From Naegleria gruberi (Eukaryota): a stretch of DNA of 64,000 nucleotides. A program made the translations under genes and the position numbers. The notes beneath the pieces were generated by a model, which did no database searches, was not told the origin of the DNA, and saw nothing but the letters and a program-made list of their open reading frames with translations. The stretch lies in assembly GCA_000004985.1 (NCBI GenBank), contig GG738848.1; one strand, 5' to 3'. How positions within the stretch are numbered: position 1 is the stretch's first letter; each line of letters starts with the position of its first letter. Shown in pieces: positions 63,628-64,000 of this stretch.

Positions 63628-64000
63628 GGGGTTGGGTTTGGGTTTGGGTTTGGGTTTGGGTTTGGGTTTGGGTTTGGGTTTGGGTTTGGGTTTGGGTTTG
63701 GGTTTGGGTTTGGGTTTGGGTTTGGGTTTGGGTTTGGGTTTGGGTTTGGGTTTGGGTTTGGGTTTGGGTTTGGGTTTGGGTTTGGGTTTGGGTTTGGGTT
63801 TGGGTTTGGGTTTGGGTTTGGGTTTGGGTTTGGGTTTGGGTTTGGGTTTGGGTTTGGGTTTGGGTTTGGGTTTGGGTTTGGGTTTGGGTTTGGGTTTGGG
63901 TTTGGGTTTGGGTTTGGGTTTGGGTTTGGGTTTGGGTTTGGGTTTGGGTTTGGGTTTGGGTTTGGGTTTGGGTTTGGGTTTGGGTTTGGGTTTGGGTTTA
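63624..64000 (+). repeat. Telomere-like hexamer repeat (TTTGGG)n, about 62 copies, G-rich strand 5' to 3' toward the window end.
   Basis: A perfect tandem GGGTTT array runs from about 63628 to the end of the window. It is preceded by a short degenerate GTTGGGGGTTGGG start. Orientation and position fit a right-arm chromosome terminus. Confidence 0.85.

Noticed and set aside
63624-64000. Whether the GGGTTT array could be a CRISPR array or a microsatellite.
   Set aside because: This is a eukaryotic locus with spliceosomal introns. The array is a perfect hexamer at a sequence end with the G-rich strand pointing outward, which fits a telomere. It has no spacers.

Overview
This is a gene-dense nuclear chromosomal segment from a eukaryote, about 35% GC, with roughly 30 protein-coding genes. 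There are no operons or other prokaryotic hallmarks. I found no single novel system in the prokaryotic sense. The genes use the standard genetic code and many carry short spliceosomal introns of 39-190 nt. Donor sites are GTAAGT or GTATGT, acceptors are YAG, and some introns have TACTAAC-like branch points. Several ORFs in the six-frame track are therefore exons of one gene or start with a non-ATG codon. The right end of the window is a chromosome terminus with about 60 copies of a TTTGGG telomere-like repeat. Just inside it is a 3.2 kb assembly gap. The left end starts inside a degraded non-LTR (LINE-like) reverse-transcriptase fragment. Genes I can support from sequence motifs are: an F-box protein with a 72-bp, near-identical tandem LRR array; an FAD-dependent monooxygenase; an ABCC/MRP full transporter; a divergent tRNA-Ile(AAU) / tRNA-Ser(GCU) pair; two divergently transcribed class-3-lipase-like paralogues, one of which lacks the nucleophile Ser; a WASP-family protein with CRIB-like, poly-Pro, WH2 and acidic-Trp segments and a very long E/K-rich coiled coil; an ankyrin protein; two class III nucleotide cyclases, one with 12 TM plus PAS plus cyclase and one receptor-type with an extracellular sensor domain (both have the adenylyl-type Lys); a RING-less B-box/coiled-coil/NHL protein; a tandem pair of surface-protein paralogues that differ in membrane anchor (TM tail vs GPI-like); a TPR protein; a secreted three-exon GPI-like protein; an F-box/WD-like protein; a metallo-beta-lactamase-fold protein; a Ctr copper transporter; an Arf-like GTPase lacking the catalytic Gln; and a multi-exon gene ending in a protein-kinase catalytic domain that runs into the gap. 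The organism is not identified. The features above are consistent with a free-living amoeboid or heterolobosean-type protist, but that is inference. The most interesting observations are the subtelomeric organisation, the paired sensory cyclases, the anchor-swapped tandem paralogues, the pseudo-lipase, and the atypical Arf and WASP architectures.
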